The notes under the pieces: model-generated
Databases searched by the model: none
Told to the model about the DNA's origin: nothing
What the model saw: only the letters and a program-made list of their open reading frames with translations
Made by a program: the position numbers and the translations under genes
Part shown: in pieces, positions 1 to 14,240 of the stretch
Layout of the letters: each line of letters begins with the position of its first letter
How positions within the stretch are numbered: the stretch's first letter is position 1
Assembly: GCA_964036045.1 (NCBI GenBank)
Contig: OZ038378.1
Coordinates: 3,472,001 to 3,536,000, forward strand
DNA length: 64,000 bases
Direction: 5' to 3'
Source of the DNA: Eutreptiella sp. 'Long Island Sound 2002'
Lineage: Eukaryota; Protista; Euglenida

Positions 1-893
1 AATGGCACAATTCGCAACACTATTTTGCCTCAAGAGACGATAGTACATAACACGCTCAAACCTCAACGATGCATGACATATGCATAGTATATAAACAACA
101 TACCAAGCGGCGCACATATAGCAACAAATCGCAGGCATAAATCATCACCAAGGCATCCAAAATGAATGTCGAAGAAAGCAAAGATGGCCAGGAAGCAACA
201 AAGCACGCATTCCCCAGTATCTTGCGCCATGTCACGTCACACAACTAAATGAAATACGTACACCAATAGTGCCCGACGGCCCCCTCAATTGGAGGAGCAC
301 ATGGTATGTACAAATGTTGTCATGTTTGGGTCCAGCCAACACTCATGTACCACACCTCGTCATGTAAATGTATACACATAAATGCCTCGATAGCAGCACA
401 GAGACTTGCTCAATTACCAAGCATTGCGATCCATGACTGCGGACGCGTGGCAAGAACAAAAAGGATGCGCAATCACCCATTCCGTTAGATCGCTAAACAC
501 AAACCACAGAGACATGCGCCGCGCGACGCAAACCACGGTACTTGCAATACACAACTTGTCACAAGTGCAGTAGGCAATCAAATATGGTACAATATATACG
601 CAGTGCCAGCTGCCGCGAAACCAAGGTATGTGCAAGACACTCACTGCGACAAATGCAATAGGCAATCTATACACAACGCCACCTGCAGCTAAGAACAAGG
701 CACCGAACCGGTCTACCGAACAACCTCAATGCCGCAGCTATGGTACAAAGCACGCCAAGTTAAAAACTCTATGCTTTCCATGGCAACGGTCAACAAAACA
801 AAACAACAACGAAATTTTGGGACACAGAAGAAAAACAACCATTACTTACTACCCAAAATCATACTCCGCCCTTCTGAATGCACCCCCTTACAA

Positions 894-1622
894 TCAGATG
901 GAGCGAAGCAATGCATGTTTTGATACTTCAATAACAACACATTTATGGATCCTCAAATCTGACACACCAAAGCACACCACATGGATCGCTACCTCCATCT
1001 TACTTTGAGGCCTGCCCCATCCTACGACCTAGATGCGCTTATGCTTCCAAGGCGCCATTGCATTGAAAACCTCCTCTTCGGACGGAGCTTTGGCAATACC
1101 AGCATGCTCCCGGCGGATGAAACTGAGGGGTCTCTCCGTGCAATAATGACCCTCAAACAGTGCATCAACTGTGTTACCCTTACCCTTGTCGTCGTCAAGG
1201 ACCATCATTGCTTTCATGAACCAGTTCGCATCTTTTCCTTGACCACAGACGGCAGGGCAAGCTTGTCTCATGTCCGTAAAACTGTTTATCCCCATGCAAA
1301 ACTAGCTTTTACAGCACGGAACAACCCGTATGCTTGAGTACATGGCCATCTCCACAACACGCAATCCACGACACAAGAGAGGTACAAACATCTCCGTTGT
1401 ATCGGCATTCTCCTCGTGGAAGTGCAACCGGGGCAGAAGCACACGACTCATCCTAATACCATTATCCAAAAAATGACATTGCATCACAGCTTTATCGTAC
1501 TTAGCATGGTCGTCTTCATTGGCTCTGGCTACTCAGGAGAACGGGTCCATAACACTAGAAGGAGCGTTAGAGATGCAGTGAGCCGGTACAGCTACTCCAC
1601 CGTGAGGGCCCTTGAAGTCCAT
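894..1622 (-). pseudogene. Decayed ORF of unknown function
   Basis: ORF-track pieces 1302..1487 and 1029..1295 lie in one minus frame that reads from ATG at 1622 to TGA at 894 with only three internal stops. Composition is protein-like but I recognise no motif. Confidence 0.35.
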
Positions 1623-3780
1623 CATTGGGCAATCAAGCCACTCACTACCATGATGGTTTATTGGCATCGTACAAAAGGGTGCGCCAAGCGTGTACAGTCC
1701 ATCCCACGTGCGCTATCGACCAACAGCCGTAGCACCGGCAACAACGATCTTGCTTCCGGTGGCGAACGTCGCAAGCTCACCTGTCGCTCCCTATTCGAGA
1801 GGCATGGCTATGGGCCCAGCCAGATGATGCGTCAAAAATACCATACTAGGACATGTTTTTGTCTCTCCCTCCATCTTTCCAATCCTACGCGACAAAGGAG
1901 ACACCTCCACATAACACATCCGCTGAGCACTCAAACAAAAAGTATGCCTCGATCAGAACAAAGAAACCACACCTAAACTCAGTATCTAAGCAAAGTCCCT
2001 ACAAATGCCGTTCTCGAGACTGCCGTGGTAGCCATTGCTATTATACGTCCACAGTTAAACCGACAGCTGCAGCTCAGCACGAAGCGTACTGAATACGTTT
2101 GGCTGCGGGGGGTTCGGATGCAAAAGTTCGCATAGGCGTCACTTGCTCCTCTTTCCTAGACACATGTAGGGGCGTCAAAGGCATTGGTCCAATTCGTTAG
2201 AAACCATCGTTGAGGGCTTGCTTACCGACGAAGCAGTGCCTCCCGTGCACGAACAATTTGCTCGTTCAAGTCTTGAGTGGGTTGATAAGCTTGCCTTGAA
2301 ATATTCAAGACGTACTACGTGCTCCTTTGAACAGCAAAATGATAAAAGTTCAAGCAACAAGCGGGCTGAACTATGAATCCACGAACAGTTGCTCGGCGAA
2401 AATGAGAACAACATCACTTCCTCAAACTACATAGGTGGAGAATAGCATCTTTTATGTTCCATCGATGCTGTACGAGATCAAAGGAGGCACTATACACCAC
2501 CTCTACGTGGGTATATTATGTAGATGCATCTGATATTACCTTGCGAGCTCTTTCGCGTGAAGCTGCACTCCGTTCCTTTTGCACTACTACAAATGTTGAC
2601 CACCAAGAAAAAAAGAGAAAGAAGTAAATCGACACATCCCGCACCCAAATGCGTCTACTGCAATACTACACTCTTTGCGTTGCTCAAAGCTTGCACACGA
2701 AATTTTTTACCCACACCTTGGTGTTTTTGTATCATAACAGCAAGAATGTCTTGCTAAAACTAAAAACTACATGGGCAAACACATATGCCCCTATAGGCAG
2801 CACACCCCACTAGCCAATAGCAGTATTCTGCCACACATAAGCAATCAAACCACGAGGTATTCATGTTATACGGTGTCCGAGATTAACATTGCATGCAACA
2901 GTTCACTCCAAAGAGAAACCACTTTGCCGGGATTGTGATAAGCAGCATCTGCCCCATTCTACAAAACGTGGCCGCACGTTACCTTTGGGCAGCTTGTTCT
3001 GCACATCATCGAATGTACAGTGACCGAATCTCTACTATTTGCTCTGTTTCTTTTTGCGCAAGTATCTTCACCCATGCGGCGAATTATCTTCGCAATCACA
3101 CCCTCTTCGTCAAACAAATTTTCCAATCCTGCATTCCGGGTGAGAAAGAAATGAAAAGGCTTGCAGTGGTGAAACGTCTAAGTTACCTCCGACAGCAACG
3201 ATGCCTGCAAAGGCAGATCCACATCTTCAAGTTTGACGTGCGTCATCTAGTAGACAAAGACATTATGCACACATGTGTGCCATTTGCAACCGACTACCTA
3301 GATAGCCTCTGACCACCTTGTTGCACCGCACATGAAACGAACCATTCACGTATCCAACTCACATCCTTCACCATACAAAAGGGCGCAACAGGCTCGCCAC
3401 TTCACAATAATGTCGTGGTTTCACGATCTATCAAGATGACATTGTCACTCTATAGTCCATGTTATAAATTCAATAGCAACAACCATCGCATGACATTTCA
3501 AATTCGCCGAGTATGAAGCAAAACACCATGCAAGTACATTTTCACAGCGCTAAACGTACCTGACACAGTTGTGCAACGATCTTGAATCCCGGACAAATAA
3601 AAGATAAACAAGTCTATGGTTCTAGTGATTTGACCTAAGAAGCACCCATCGTAAGTTGAAAAGGTAGGAAACATGCCCGCGCATCTGGATATTCTCTGCA
3701 ATCTGGAAGCAATGAAAGTAATTCTGTTGGAAAACCAATTAACATTGTACATTGGCAACAACTGTGCCATACTCATGTGT

Positions 3781-4215
3781 TGGCACATGGGGATCGGTTT
3801 GCAGTGCATAGGGATCGGTTTGTAGTAGATGGAGGGAGATAGGGCAACATAAGGAGCAAAGCGGGGGAGGGCAAGGGAGATATTCAGTCAAGGGCATCAG
3901 GATGTTTGTCTATGATACATTCATTATCAACGAGATAGTGCCTAGTGCAAGTCCACCTGTGCCCAACAGATCTGTGGCGAATGTTTATTATTTCACGAGT
4001 AGGGGACAGTTGTTGTGGTTGCACATGTTTGCTGGTGGCAAACAATGGCCACGAAATCCTAAGCCCGCGATCTCAGTGACACTCGCACTCCATACTACAA
4101 ACTGATCCGCATGCACTACAAACTGATCCCCATGCCAATCCACATGCACTACAAACGGATCCCCATGCACTACAAACCAATCCTCATGCACTACAAACCG
4201 ATCCCCTTGCTCTAC
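3781..4215. repeat. 21-bp minisatellite (ATGCACTACAAACYGATCCCC) with an inverted partner arm
   Basis: About 5-6 direct units at 4088-4215. Two units of the reverse complement at 3781-3834 form a ~50-bp inverted repeat around a ~250-bp spacer. Confidence 0.8.
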
Positions 4216-4769
4216 ACACCGCTCCTCATGCTCAAATCCGCCTCTCACGACAACCCTTGAAAACAACCTCCGTTTTAGACATACCTCATCTTCGGGCACT
4301 GCTTCTCATGTTGATCCCGCCGATGCGCGGTTCAGAATGTACTCTGCCACTGGTCTCCCCTGCATGGAAAAGGCCGAGTGGTGCCAATCCGCCGCCATTT
4401 CTGGGCGGGCTCCTTGGCTTTTCTGCTCGGCGCGCTAGCCTGCTCCACTTCCTTGCTCAGCGGGCGAGCCTGCTCGGCTTCCTTGCTTGGTGTCCTCGCC
4501 TACAATATCTTCCAGTACGAATCCAAGCACTTGGCAAGCACTTTGTAGCGGTTGCACTCATCTTTGCACTAGGTGTAAACGTGTGCAGTGGACACTAGGG
4601 GTGCTCTCAAGCCACTTCCCGCCGCATTGTCCAGCCCTTCGCTTGCCACTTAAAGGGGTGGGTCGGTGGGTGGGGTCTTTGGTGAACTGATAAGGGCAGG
4701 TACCGATTTTTTGGCCTTGGGCTTGTTGTAGTGCCACAATGTGGGACAGTTGTGCCAAATTGTATTGCC

Positions 4770-5560
4770 TTCGGCAAGGCGCTTGGAGGAGAGAGGAACA
4801 ACGGCCCCCTCTCCCCTCCGCCCAATACCCAAATACTGTGAAAAAACAACATAACTACTGCCCAGAACATGCATTACATAGCATGAATGGACATTGTGAC
4901 GGGCCACGACATCAAGAAAATAAGTTTCGCAAACTTCGATTTTTTGAGGTGTGCAGAGTGAAAAAGTGCATAGCTAGATTGTGTACCACCCCCTTGGGAG
5001 ACCCCCCCCAACCACCCAATACCCGACTACGGTGACAAATACATAAGTACTGCCTAAAACATGGTTTACATAGCTTGGATGGTCATTGTGAGTGATCACG
5101 ATATCAAAAAAATCAGTTTTGGAAAATTCGATTTTTGAGCTGTGCGGGATGAGGAACTGTTGAGGCAGATTGTTTGCCGGTCCCTTGGGACAGCCCCCCT
5201 CCACCCACTACCCAAATACGGTGAAAAAGAACGTAAATAGTGCCCAAAATATGCTTTACATAGCTTGACTCGTCATTTTGAGTGGCCATAATATCAAGAA
5301 AATACGTTTCGGAAAGTTCAATTTTTGAGCTGTACATGGTGAGAAACTACCGAGACAGGTTGTGTACCAACCCCTTGGGAGGACTGCTGCCCCACACACC
5401 CAGCACCCAAATAGGGTGAAAAACACATAAATACCGCCTACAACATGCTTTACATAGGTTGGATGGTGATTGTGAATGGTCATGATATCAAAAAAATGAG
5501 TTTTGGATTTTTGGATTTTTGAGCTGTACAAGCTGAAAATCTACATCAGCGTGTTGTGTG
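4770..5560. repeat. Tandem array of four diverged ~193-bp units
   Basis: Landmark GTGA(A/C)AAA recurs at 4838, 5032, 5221 and 5416. Each unit also carries TTACATAGC and a GAYATCAA...TTTTTGAG segment. Confidence 0.85.
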
Positions 5561-7249
5561 CCAGCTAGTGTGTACCATAATCTGCATAGACAGGGATTTC
5601 ATGTCTTTCACGTGGGCCATGGCCGGCCTTGGGCAAGGCTAGAGGCTGCAAAAAGCAGTCCTTTTATATCCTAGTAGGCATATACTGTCACAACATGCCC
5701 AACTGCACCCCTCAAGATCTCAAGATGGGTGCCACGGAGTCACCAAGGTTGCCAAAAACGGCGACATGGCAAAAATGGCTGAAAACTGGCATGAAAACGG
5801 TTAAAGTCCTCACTGGCAGGGAGCCACATGGGGGCGATCCCAAGTACTCGGAGTTCGAACCCGGGACCCCGGCCATAGGTTAGGGGGTCCACATACAAAA
5901 AAAAAGGTTTTCTCAAGACCCGGGTCGAAATCCACACACAGCAGCTGCAAAATGCAAAGAAGCTCTGACCCCACCCCCGGCCCCCTCCACCGCAAAAATA
6001 GGGTACTTGGATACGCGTTGTATGCTAGTACCCCGATTAGCCAATCAAAGGGAATGCCAATCAATGCCAAAGGCATCTTATGCGGTGAGAACACCGTGTT
6101 TTTTTGGGGTCCGTGCGACATGGGAAGAAACAATTCCTTTTTGTACGGCCCACTTCTTTCCGCACCCCACCCACCCTTGGGGGGGGGGGGGTCACCCCCC
6201 CAAAAAACAAGCCCATCCAGTACCAAAAATTTTTCTTGTGCCTTACCCCTGCTGCCAACTAATGTCCGTCAGCTTTCAGCGCCGCAATATGTAACTATTG
6301 ACTCGACAAAAAACAAAATCCCTTGAATGCCACCTTGCTTTCCACATTGAGGCACACGCTGTTTTACTCCAAGTACCTCAATAATTGACCACTGGATAAT
6401 GTCTCGAGGCGAGACCTCTGTCAAGCTATCAAGGACTATGGCAAGGCCTTGCTGTACCTTGGGGGGGTAGGCCCCCTTTCAACCTCCAGTCGTATTGGTG
6501 CCAATTTGCTTTGAAAAGAACTGGCGCTGCTTGCGATAAGCATAGATCTTTTACCGTGCCTCTTGTGCATGATTTCCTCCATTTGTACATCCCTAGCCTC
6601 CCTTTGCACAGATGGCAACAAAAGCGTGACAAAAGCACTGCCAATAGCAATAGCCATAGACTTGTCATTTAGGGGGTGCAACGTGCTTGTGCCATGAGCC
6701 ATGAACTCCACACCATGTTCCCCTATGTGTGACGGGTTGCACCATTAGCTTGCCCAAAGCCAAGACACATTTGGTATTGATGGCAACCTTGTATGGGTGT
6801 TTGTGGTAGCAATTTATGACTTTTTGTGGTCACAGCCAAAGGGTTTTTGTGGGAGTAGTCTATGGGTTTTTTGTTGTTGTAGCCGTCTATGGGTATCTAT
6901 GGCAGCCGTCTGAGCCAATGGGTAATTGTGGTGCAAGCCACCCAATTCTAGGGTTTTCAGGCTTAATGGCCCCCGTACCCACATTTGTGTAAATTGCTTC
7001 TAAGTTTACAAAAAAGGGCGAATTTCCTGAGCAATTGTGTAAATTTAAAGAATGTAGTTGCCAACAAATAGCTCAAGAAATAAGCAAAACTCAAAACAAA
7101 ATAATGTGGCCTTTTGAACATTTTTTGCATTTTTTGTGACTGGTAACCCCAAGTAGCATGTACCCACCTTTTGCATGATTCGATTGGTGTTTGGTTAATA
7201 GAAAAAAATGTGTGTGTATGTATTATATACTGGAAGGCAGGGTTTTTTT

Positions 7250-8640
7250 TAGCTTGGTGTGCCTCACGGACGTGCACATACAACAACTCTTCTTTTTTTC
7301 TTGTCCATTCTACAGTCATTGTCCAATCCAATTCGTTCGTTCGATGCAGGATGGCGTCCCTCCTCATCGTACCCCACAAAGGGAAACATGGTATCCACGT
7401 CCGGGAAAACTCAGGAACATGGTACACCCACACGTGGCCCCACACTGCGCCTTTAGCACTCAATGTCACAAAAATCCTCCTTGTGTGCTCACATGCCTCC
7501 TCCTCCAACGCAATCTCTTGGTCCCTTAGAAGTTGAGATTTACGGGCGACATATGTCACAATTATGATATGCATACACAAAGCACTCACCAATGTGTGCA
7601 TGTCATGCATTGTGCCATTTTGCATCAGTTGCTTCTAGGACAAGTGCAAAGCCTCCACAATAGTCTTCCAATTTCGCTAGCCCATGAAGTCCAAAGCATC
7701 GTCAATGGATGGAGTTGGACAAAATTGCTTCTCCGGGTCGTCACCAAACAGATTTTCGATCCCCAAACTCTCTAAGAATTGCTGTGCCGTTGTGGTTGCC
7801 TATTGCAAATCACTCATGGATAGGTCCTCAACCAAGGGAAACACACTTGTAAACTGCACATTGCGAATACTATGCAGGATGTCCGGTTGATGTTGTCCCA
7901 TAGATATTCCTTTTAGCAATGCATTGCACTTGTGGGTTATAGCCAACGGACGTGTTTGACGTGAATAGTCGCAGACAGCATCCCGAGCGGTGGTGCAGTA
8001 TGGTGCAAGTTGTTGGTGAGCATCTGGGGATGTGGGTCCATAAGCCCCCGGCACTTTATGCTGCAGCATATGATCACCTCGAATGAAAATGTGAACAGCA
8101 TATGTTGCAAGATTCTGTGTCACTGGAGCCTGCATGTTTCCGGTTTATGCTTGCTCAGTAGTTCACACACCACATGAACACGATCATGACCAATTACAAC
8201 AGTAGCAATGAAATACCATTCCATGGCATTCTTTCCTATTTCATTTAGGGCGACACATATGAAGCAAGATATGCTCACAACATGGCTGTGCCACAGGAGA
8301 ACACCGTCGATGCTAATCGTGCACCAGTTGTAGCTGAACATGTGCTGCAAACGGCAATAAGCCATGGGTTGCCGTGCACAACATCCAAGTGCACTGGTAG
8401 CAAGGTTGACAAATATTTCTGAGCAGCATGCACACAGTCCTAGCGCAGTGTACCATCCAACCTAGCCTTCGCACGGTCATTTGTAATCTTCATAGTGCTT
8501 CTTAGGCGGTACATCTTGATACATTTCATCCACACATCTTTGTTTGTGGTTGATGCACCGATCTGGATTTGTACCACCACAAAGTATGTGACACCTAAGC
8601 ATCTCAACTGCCTTACCCAAACCATGGCAACAATACACAT
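7250..8640 (-). pseudogene. Transib/Chapaev (RAG1-core-like) DDE transposase remnant, copy A
   Basis: Frameshifted translation gives ISIDGVLLW (first D), FIRGDHML (second D), CTILHHR (zinc-binding H region) and VWGHVWVYHVPEF, which resembles the RAG1/Transib HxxxxHVP motif before the catalytic E. Motif order matches copy B at 17.8 kb. Confidence 0.6.
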
Positions 8641-10710
8641 TACGAGAATTCAGCAATGTGCAACGCCTCGTGGGGGTACGAGTAGCACTCCAGCCCAACA
8701 CGGCCACCCACCGCATGGCAAACAAATTCTCGCTGTTGTCGATCGCCAACAACAGCATGCAGATCTGCAGGAATGTGCCGCAAAGAGGAAGGGCGGAGCG
8801 GTACAAAGGGGGATGGAGGAGCAGTAGGTCGGTTCTCGATCGCGGGTGCATCGGGTGCGCGCAAAAGGACGCGGCCATGGGCGGATCCACGCGTCCTCCA
8901 TCTTCCATTTCACTGTCAACTACCTTAACCGCGCGATGAGCCTTGCTTTGTTGGGCACCACTTGTTCCTCTGGGGTGTCAGCAAGGTGGGGAGCAGAAAT
9001 TGCCGCGGGAGTTCCAGGGTGCACTGTAATTCGGGTTGAGGGCGCACAATGTCCCGAAGGTTGCTAGTCACGAATTCCTTTGCAGCGTGTGCACTAATCT
9101 GGTTCACCAGCCCATGAATTTGAACTTGTCTCACCCCTAGGTCATCCACGCTAAATTTTTCCGCAACCCACTCACCATTGTGCCCACCTCTTTGTACCTT
9201 GTCGTCCACAAAATTATCCGTTACAAAGAAAGGAGGCAAGCGCTCGAAGAAGCTCAGAACGCCCAAGCGTGAAGCACTGGATGAGCCACGCAATTGCTTT
9301 GCAAGCAAGTGGCAAATTGCACGATTGCAACGTGACATGATTGTACTAAAAAGCCAACTGTTGGCAGGGTAACACCAAATTTTGCGTCCTTGGAACGGCA
9401 CACTTTTTGCCTGTCACCAAGAGCCTTTTTTAGTAGTACTTTTTGTGGCACTTCCTAACACACATCTTGCAACCTTTGCATGGTACATGTGTAGCTTTTT
9501 TCAAAAGAAATTTTTGGACTCTTGTCCATTCTCCAATCCTAAGAACCCATTGGTGTTCAACAAGTGAACACCTTGCAAGTTTGCCTAGCAAGCCCTCGGG
9601 ATGCATATGTCCCCTGCATAATTTTGGCCACATGCGCTGAAAAGAAGGCAAATCGTGCCTCTACAAAGGACTTGAGCTCTTGCTTGCCCGACGAAATCAA
9701 AACGACGAGTGCTGATTTGTTTCACAAGACGGCACTTCCGTGGTTGCCTTCCTAGCCTTCAGGCCATGGTAGGCCACCAAAACACACCAAAAGATACAGA
9801 TTCGACAATTTTTCCACACCTTGGACATGAAGGAAGTACTGTAAACTTGAAAGGTACACAACAGAGTAGAATTCTTTAGGCCCATTCAAAAGCTATTGTC
9901 CAGGGCAATAAATTCATGGTTGGCAAAAGGTACGAAGTACGCTTTTTGGATTATCATCGATTTATGGTCTTTGTTCTTGGTTTGTTCGCATATATGGATA
10001 TAAATAGTTGTTAGGGGTAATAGGTCCACAAGTCTGAGTGCCAGCGTTCCCAACTGCATACAAAACCCGTGCCCTCGGACTATGTAGTGCGAGTTGTGCT
10101 CTCATTGACACAACACTCCCCTATGTGCAGAACTGATATGGGCACATGCGCATGGCCCTAATGGAGGCATTATGTATGTGCATCCAACGTCAATCATAAG
10201 TAGCCTCCCTCTCCACAGTATCGGCCGGTTGACCAATAAAGTTGCTTAATATTCCCACAACAGGTGCCCTGGCATCAACATCCTTCCCGGGACTGCACTC
10301 ATGAAATCGTGAACGATTCGATGGACGGCCCACCTCTGCCTTGGCGAGCACTCCTATATGAAAAATGCAACGAACATCCACTGGTGAGCGGGTGTAGACA
10401 AAAGTGCATCGCTGTGGAAGGGGGGGGGGGGGTATGAACGCCACAAAATTTTTAGAGCTCCTTTTGGCCAATTCATCACAGGCTGCCTCCACATATGACC
10501 TAATACACACATGGGCCCGATCCATTTTGCGGTTGAACTTTTAGCGACCGCATACAAAGTAGTTTCAAGTAGGTACTGGAAAATCATGGATGCATTGCAT
10601 CAGGGTGCACAGAGACAGCGGAGTTGCGCCGTATACCCTGAGTATTTGGCCGTATCGTGGGAAGTATCGTATATTGGGGACTATACGGCCGTATGTCGCC
10701 AGTATAGGGT

Positions 10711-11400
10711 TCACCTTGTGAGGCGGAAACCAGTACCATGGAGAACACCCAATTCCTCCCATGTGAGGCACTGTACAGTAGTACCAATGTAGAACACCAC
10801 CGCGCACGTAGTTCTTCTCCATTCCGCCGGGCCATGGTGTGTAGATGAATTGAAGATGCAACTAGGCCACCTAATCATGGGCTTGCCCATCATGGTATTA
10901 CCATAAACAAGAGTCGGTTGCATCCTCTTCCCTTCCAAACGTGGAGCACTCCACTGAACCCCCCACCTTTCATGAGCACCTCACCACCATCATGATTCCC
11001 CAACGTCACAATTGCAGATAGAGGGTGGGGGTCATTCCAATGCTTATCACCTGGAATCCCGTGTTTCGTGCAAAAATGCACAATTCGGAGTATGGACCAC
11101 ATGAACCAACGTGGAAACACCGATGATGCATATACGTTCAATTGCAAAATGAACGACTTGCAAGAGGCATTGCCCACACACCAATGTGTTGCACAACAAT
11201 CCCTCAACCTAGTCTTGGGACCCTTGTTGTCCATGAAATGCAAACAAATAACAGAGCTTAGCTTCCACGTGCCATTTTTCTTTTGGATAATACCTCTAGC
11301 AATATCTAAACCTACTGGTCGTTGCCGATTCCAGATATGTCCACGATGGCATGCTGGGATCGGTTTCTAGGGGGAAAGCGGCCCATTGGTGAACAACCTA
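10711..11400 (-). pseudogene. TET/JBP-like 2OG-Fe(II) dioxygenase, decayed copy A
   Basis: ...WFMWS...KHGIPGDKHWNDPHPLSAIVTLGNHDGGEV... then, after a frameshift, IFNSSTHHGPAEW...AVVFY...TWEELGVLHGTGFRL. This aligns by eye with copy B and with the TET/JBP pattern HxD...GGxL...H...R. The HxD aspartate is degraded. Confidence 0.65.
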
Positions 11401-12616
11401 AGGGCCGGTGGCCAATGCTAATTTTTGGGCAACTTTATTGACCGCACAGGAAGCTTGTCAAGCACAAGTGTCATGGTTTTGGATCCCCTCACATGTGTCC
11501 ATACCAGGAAAGAAGGGGGGGATGCCCTCGCGGAGCTGATGCCTCCCCCTAATCAAGGTGAAACACATCAAGACGTACCCCGAGCAGAATGTGTTTGCAC
11601 ACCAATTAACCCCCCGGCGTGTTACACACCATGCAATGCAGTGTGCGGGTTCCGGGCTCGAGGGGTGTGGCCGTTGAGACTCTCTCCACCCCCACACGCT
11701 CAATGTGGAACCCGTGGTTTGGGTTCTCTTCCTAGAGTGCTCGGACTGTTGTGATACAAACCAACCACACCGCTTCTACTTTTTCTTATGCCTTGACTTT
11801 AACTCCTTCCAAAACCCACTTTGTTCGCACTCTGGTGAAGTTTCTAGCACAACTGGAAAAGCCGCCCATGCTATTTGCCTGCCAGCGGTCGATTTAGCGA
11901 CATCAATCTCCTGTACACACGCCATTTCAGCCAGCCGACTTGCCTATCCTGCGCCTTTTCGCCTCACCGTCGTTTGATTCCTCCTCCTCCGCGGGGGGGC
12001 CTAATGAGTGACTCTCACTCCGACACAGGTAGCTCAAGTGGTGCCCGCGATCCGGACGGCGATATGACTGATTTATCTGTTGACTCTATGAGAACGGGCG
12101 GCTGAGGCAGCTAGGGTGATGTTCAAGACACCCCAGCTTGCTACCATTTCAGGTGTGATCATGACTGAACAACGGGGCTCCGCCTGTGGCCCCCTCCCAT
12201 GTATACCGTTTGTTTTTGACAACCAAATGGGATACCAAGTACCTACACTGCGGCACCCAAGGGTGCTAACTTTGTCACCATGACCTAGGGTTCATACAAG
12301 CAGACAGCACAGGTTCCCATTGGTGCTTCTACAGAAACTCAAAGGATGTACCTACCGCCCCCTCACAGCAATTTTGCCCTCACCCCCCACCCCCCGCACA
12401 ACCCTTTCGAGGAAGCACCCCTGTCTAGTGCCCAACCAAGTGCTAACAGCACACTACAAGTAAGCCACGACACGGACGGCCGTGCTGGCGCCCCAATGTA
12501 CACTAGCGTTTGGACCCGTATTGTGAAGTAACATGTAGCGGGTGCTTGCAGCCGTGACAAAACAAGCGGGACTATGAGGTGGTGTTGATCTCACGCGGCA
12601 ACGATCGCAGCTTGAG

Positions 12617-13306
12617 GTGCTGTGGGAAGTCTTGAAAACAGCTACCACTTACAAAGCACACCGGGGAGGGGCTGGGCAAACTCAAGCCCTCTGGCAGGGA
12701 TATGTCCACCATACCCACCCACCAAGCCCCCCCCCCCCCCCCCAACACTGGAAGTCAAAGGGATGGACAACCTCATCTGGAAAACTGCAAGTCCACGTCC
12801 CAGTCTGGGAAATCCTGCTCCGGGAAATGGCGACGCCGGGACGAGAAGTCAGGTGGGAACATGTCCCAGCACATGTCAACGTGCAAGGAAATGAAATGGC
12901 GAATGGATTGGCCACGGAGGGCATGTGTTCCAGCCTACTATGGTCACAGCATGCTGCACCAACATCATCATCGGGGTCAGACTCTACGGTAGGTTTGAGG
13001 GGAGGGTCGGGGTCAGAGTCAGAGGGCACAAGGGCACTCTGGTCTTCCTTGGGTATGGTACCCATGGACAGTGATGAACTGACAGGGGAAGCATCCGGGG
13101 AGCCAGCACCACGTGAGATGGGACCGTACTCCTCAAGCAGTACAGAAAGTGAGGAAATGAGGACAGGGCACACAAACCAGGGAGTGCTGTCGAGTGCACT
13201 GTCAGCAGCAGACACACTGTCCTTCAGCACTGATGTGAGTGACACCAGGCGACAGCGCAAGAAGCGAAGGCTCAGGAAGCGCAGGAACTCAGGACAGGGT
13301 CGATAA
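12617..13306 (+). pseudogene. Non-LTR retrotransposon C-terminus: RNase H followed by an acidic Ser-rich tail
   Basis: KGWTTSSGK...VWEILLREM...VRWEHVPAHVNVQGNEMANGLA is the C-terminal half of a type 1 RNase H (W-x-HVP-x-H...GNE-x-AD). The N-terminal catalytic residues are missing. Confidence 0.8.
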
Positions 13307-13522
13307 TGACAGAACCAGTAGCCCCTGCACAATGGTGCAGACACCTCGCACAGTCTGATGCACCTGTGTTTTGACGCAGAGTTTGCAACACATGAGCTGC
13401 GTCTTGTCGCAGTAGAGCCTGCAACACACGAGCTGTGTTCTGTCGCAGTGAGGAGCAACACGCACAGGAGAACACCAAGCAGCTGAACGCCGCGTCCTGT
13501 CGCGGACAGGCACCAATGCGTC

Positions 13523-14164
13523 ATGCCATCTGGGAGGACGCAGCGGGAGAAGGGAACTCACGAGCAGCGGTATGGCCCGTACACACACATCCAGCCAACC
13601 CCAAAGAAGGTCAAGCCTCAGCAAGAACGCCAACGTTTCAAGGTGCAAGCACTGAGTCAGCTGGACGCCATTGCGAACGAAGGACTGCAAGCAGTTGAAG
13701 CAGAACTGACCAAAATGGCCTAGGCCCGCAATCAGCAGATCTGGATCCGACTGGACCAACCACATGGCACCAGGATGCGTTGTGAGATTGTGGACAACCA
13801 TGGGGAACCACTGCAGATGAGCAATCAGGAGCTCTACTCGGTGATGGTCCAGATCAACTGGACCCTGAAGACCCAGGCTTTGGCGAACATGCAGGTCCAG
13901 TGGCGACCCAAAAGTGCAGGCAAGTGGCACCCGTTCCAGTGGGAGGCGATCCTCCACTGTCCGACAGCAGAAGGGCATAGAGCGGTGCCCTCCTCGGTAA
14001 GCAGAATTGGCGATTGCATGCATGTGTGGCTGACAGGCCGAGCGGACCTCTTGCGACTGTTCCAAAGAACGCTCTTCAGGCAGGCGGACCCGGTACCCGG
14101 GGACGCTGTGCGGTTCCTTTACACACTGCTGAACACACCCCCATGCGAAAGAAGATATGCATGA
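13523..14164 (+). pseudogene. Retroelement ORF1/gag-like remnant (unassigned)
   Basis: ORFs 13523..13723 and 13775..14164 are in the same frame, separated by one TAG at 13721. Protein-like, no diagnostic motif. Confidence 0.3.
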
Positions 14165-14240
14165 CAGGGGGTGACAACAAGGAGAAGAAGAGTGAAGCGC
14201 ATGGTGCCATGGTGCCATGGTGCCATGGTGCAGATAACCC

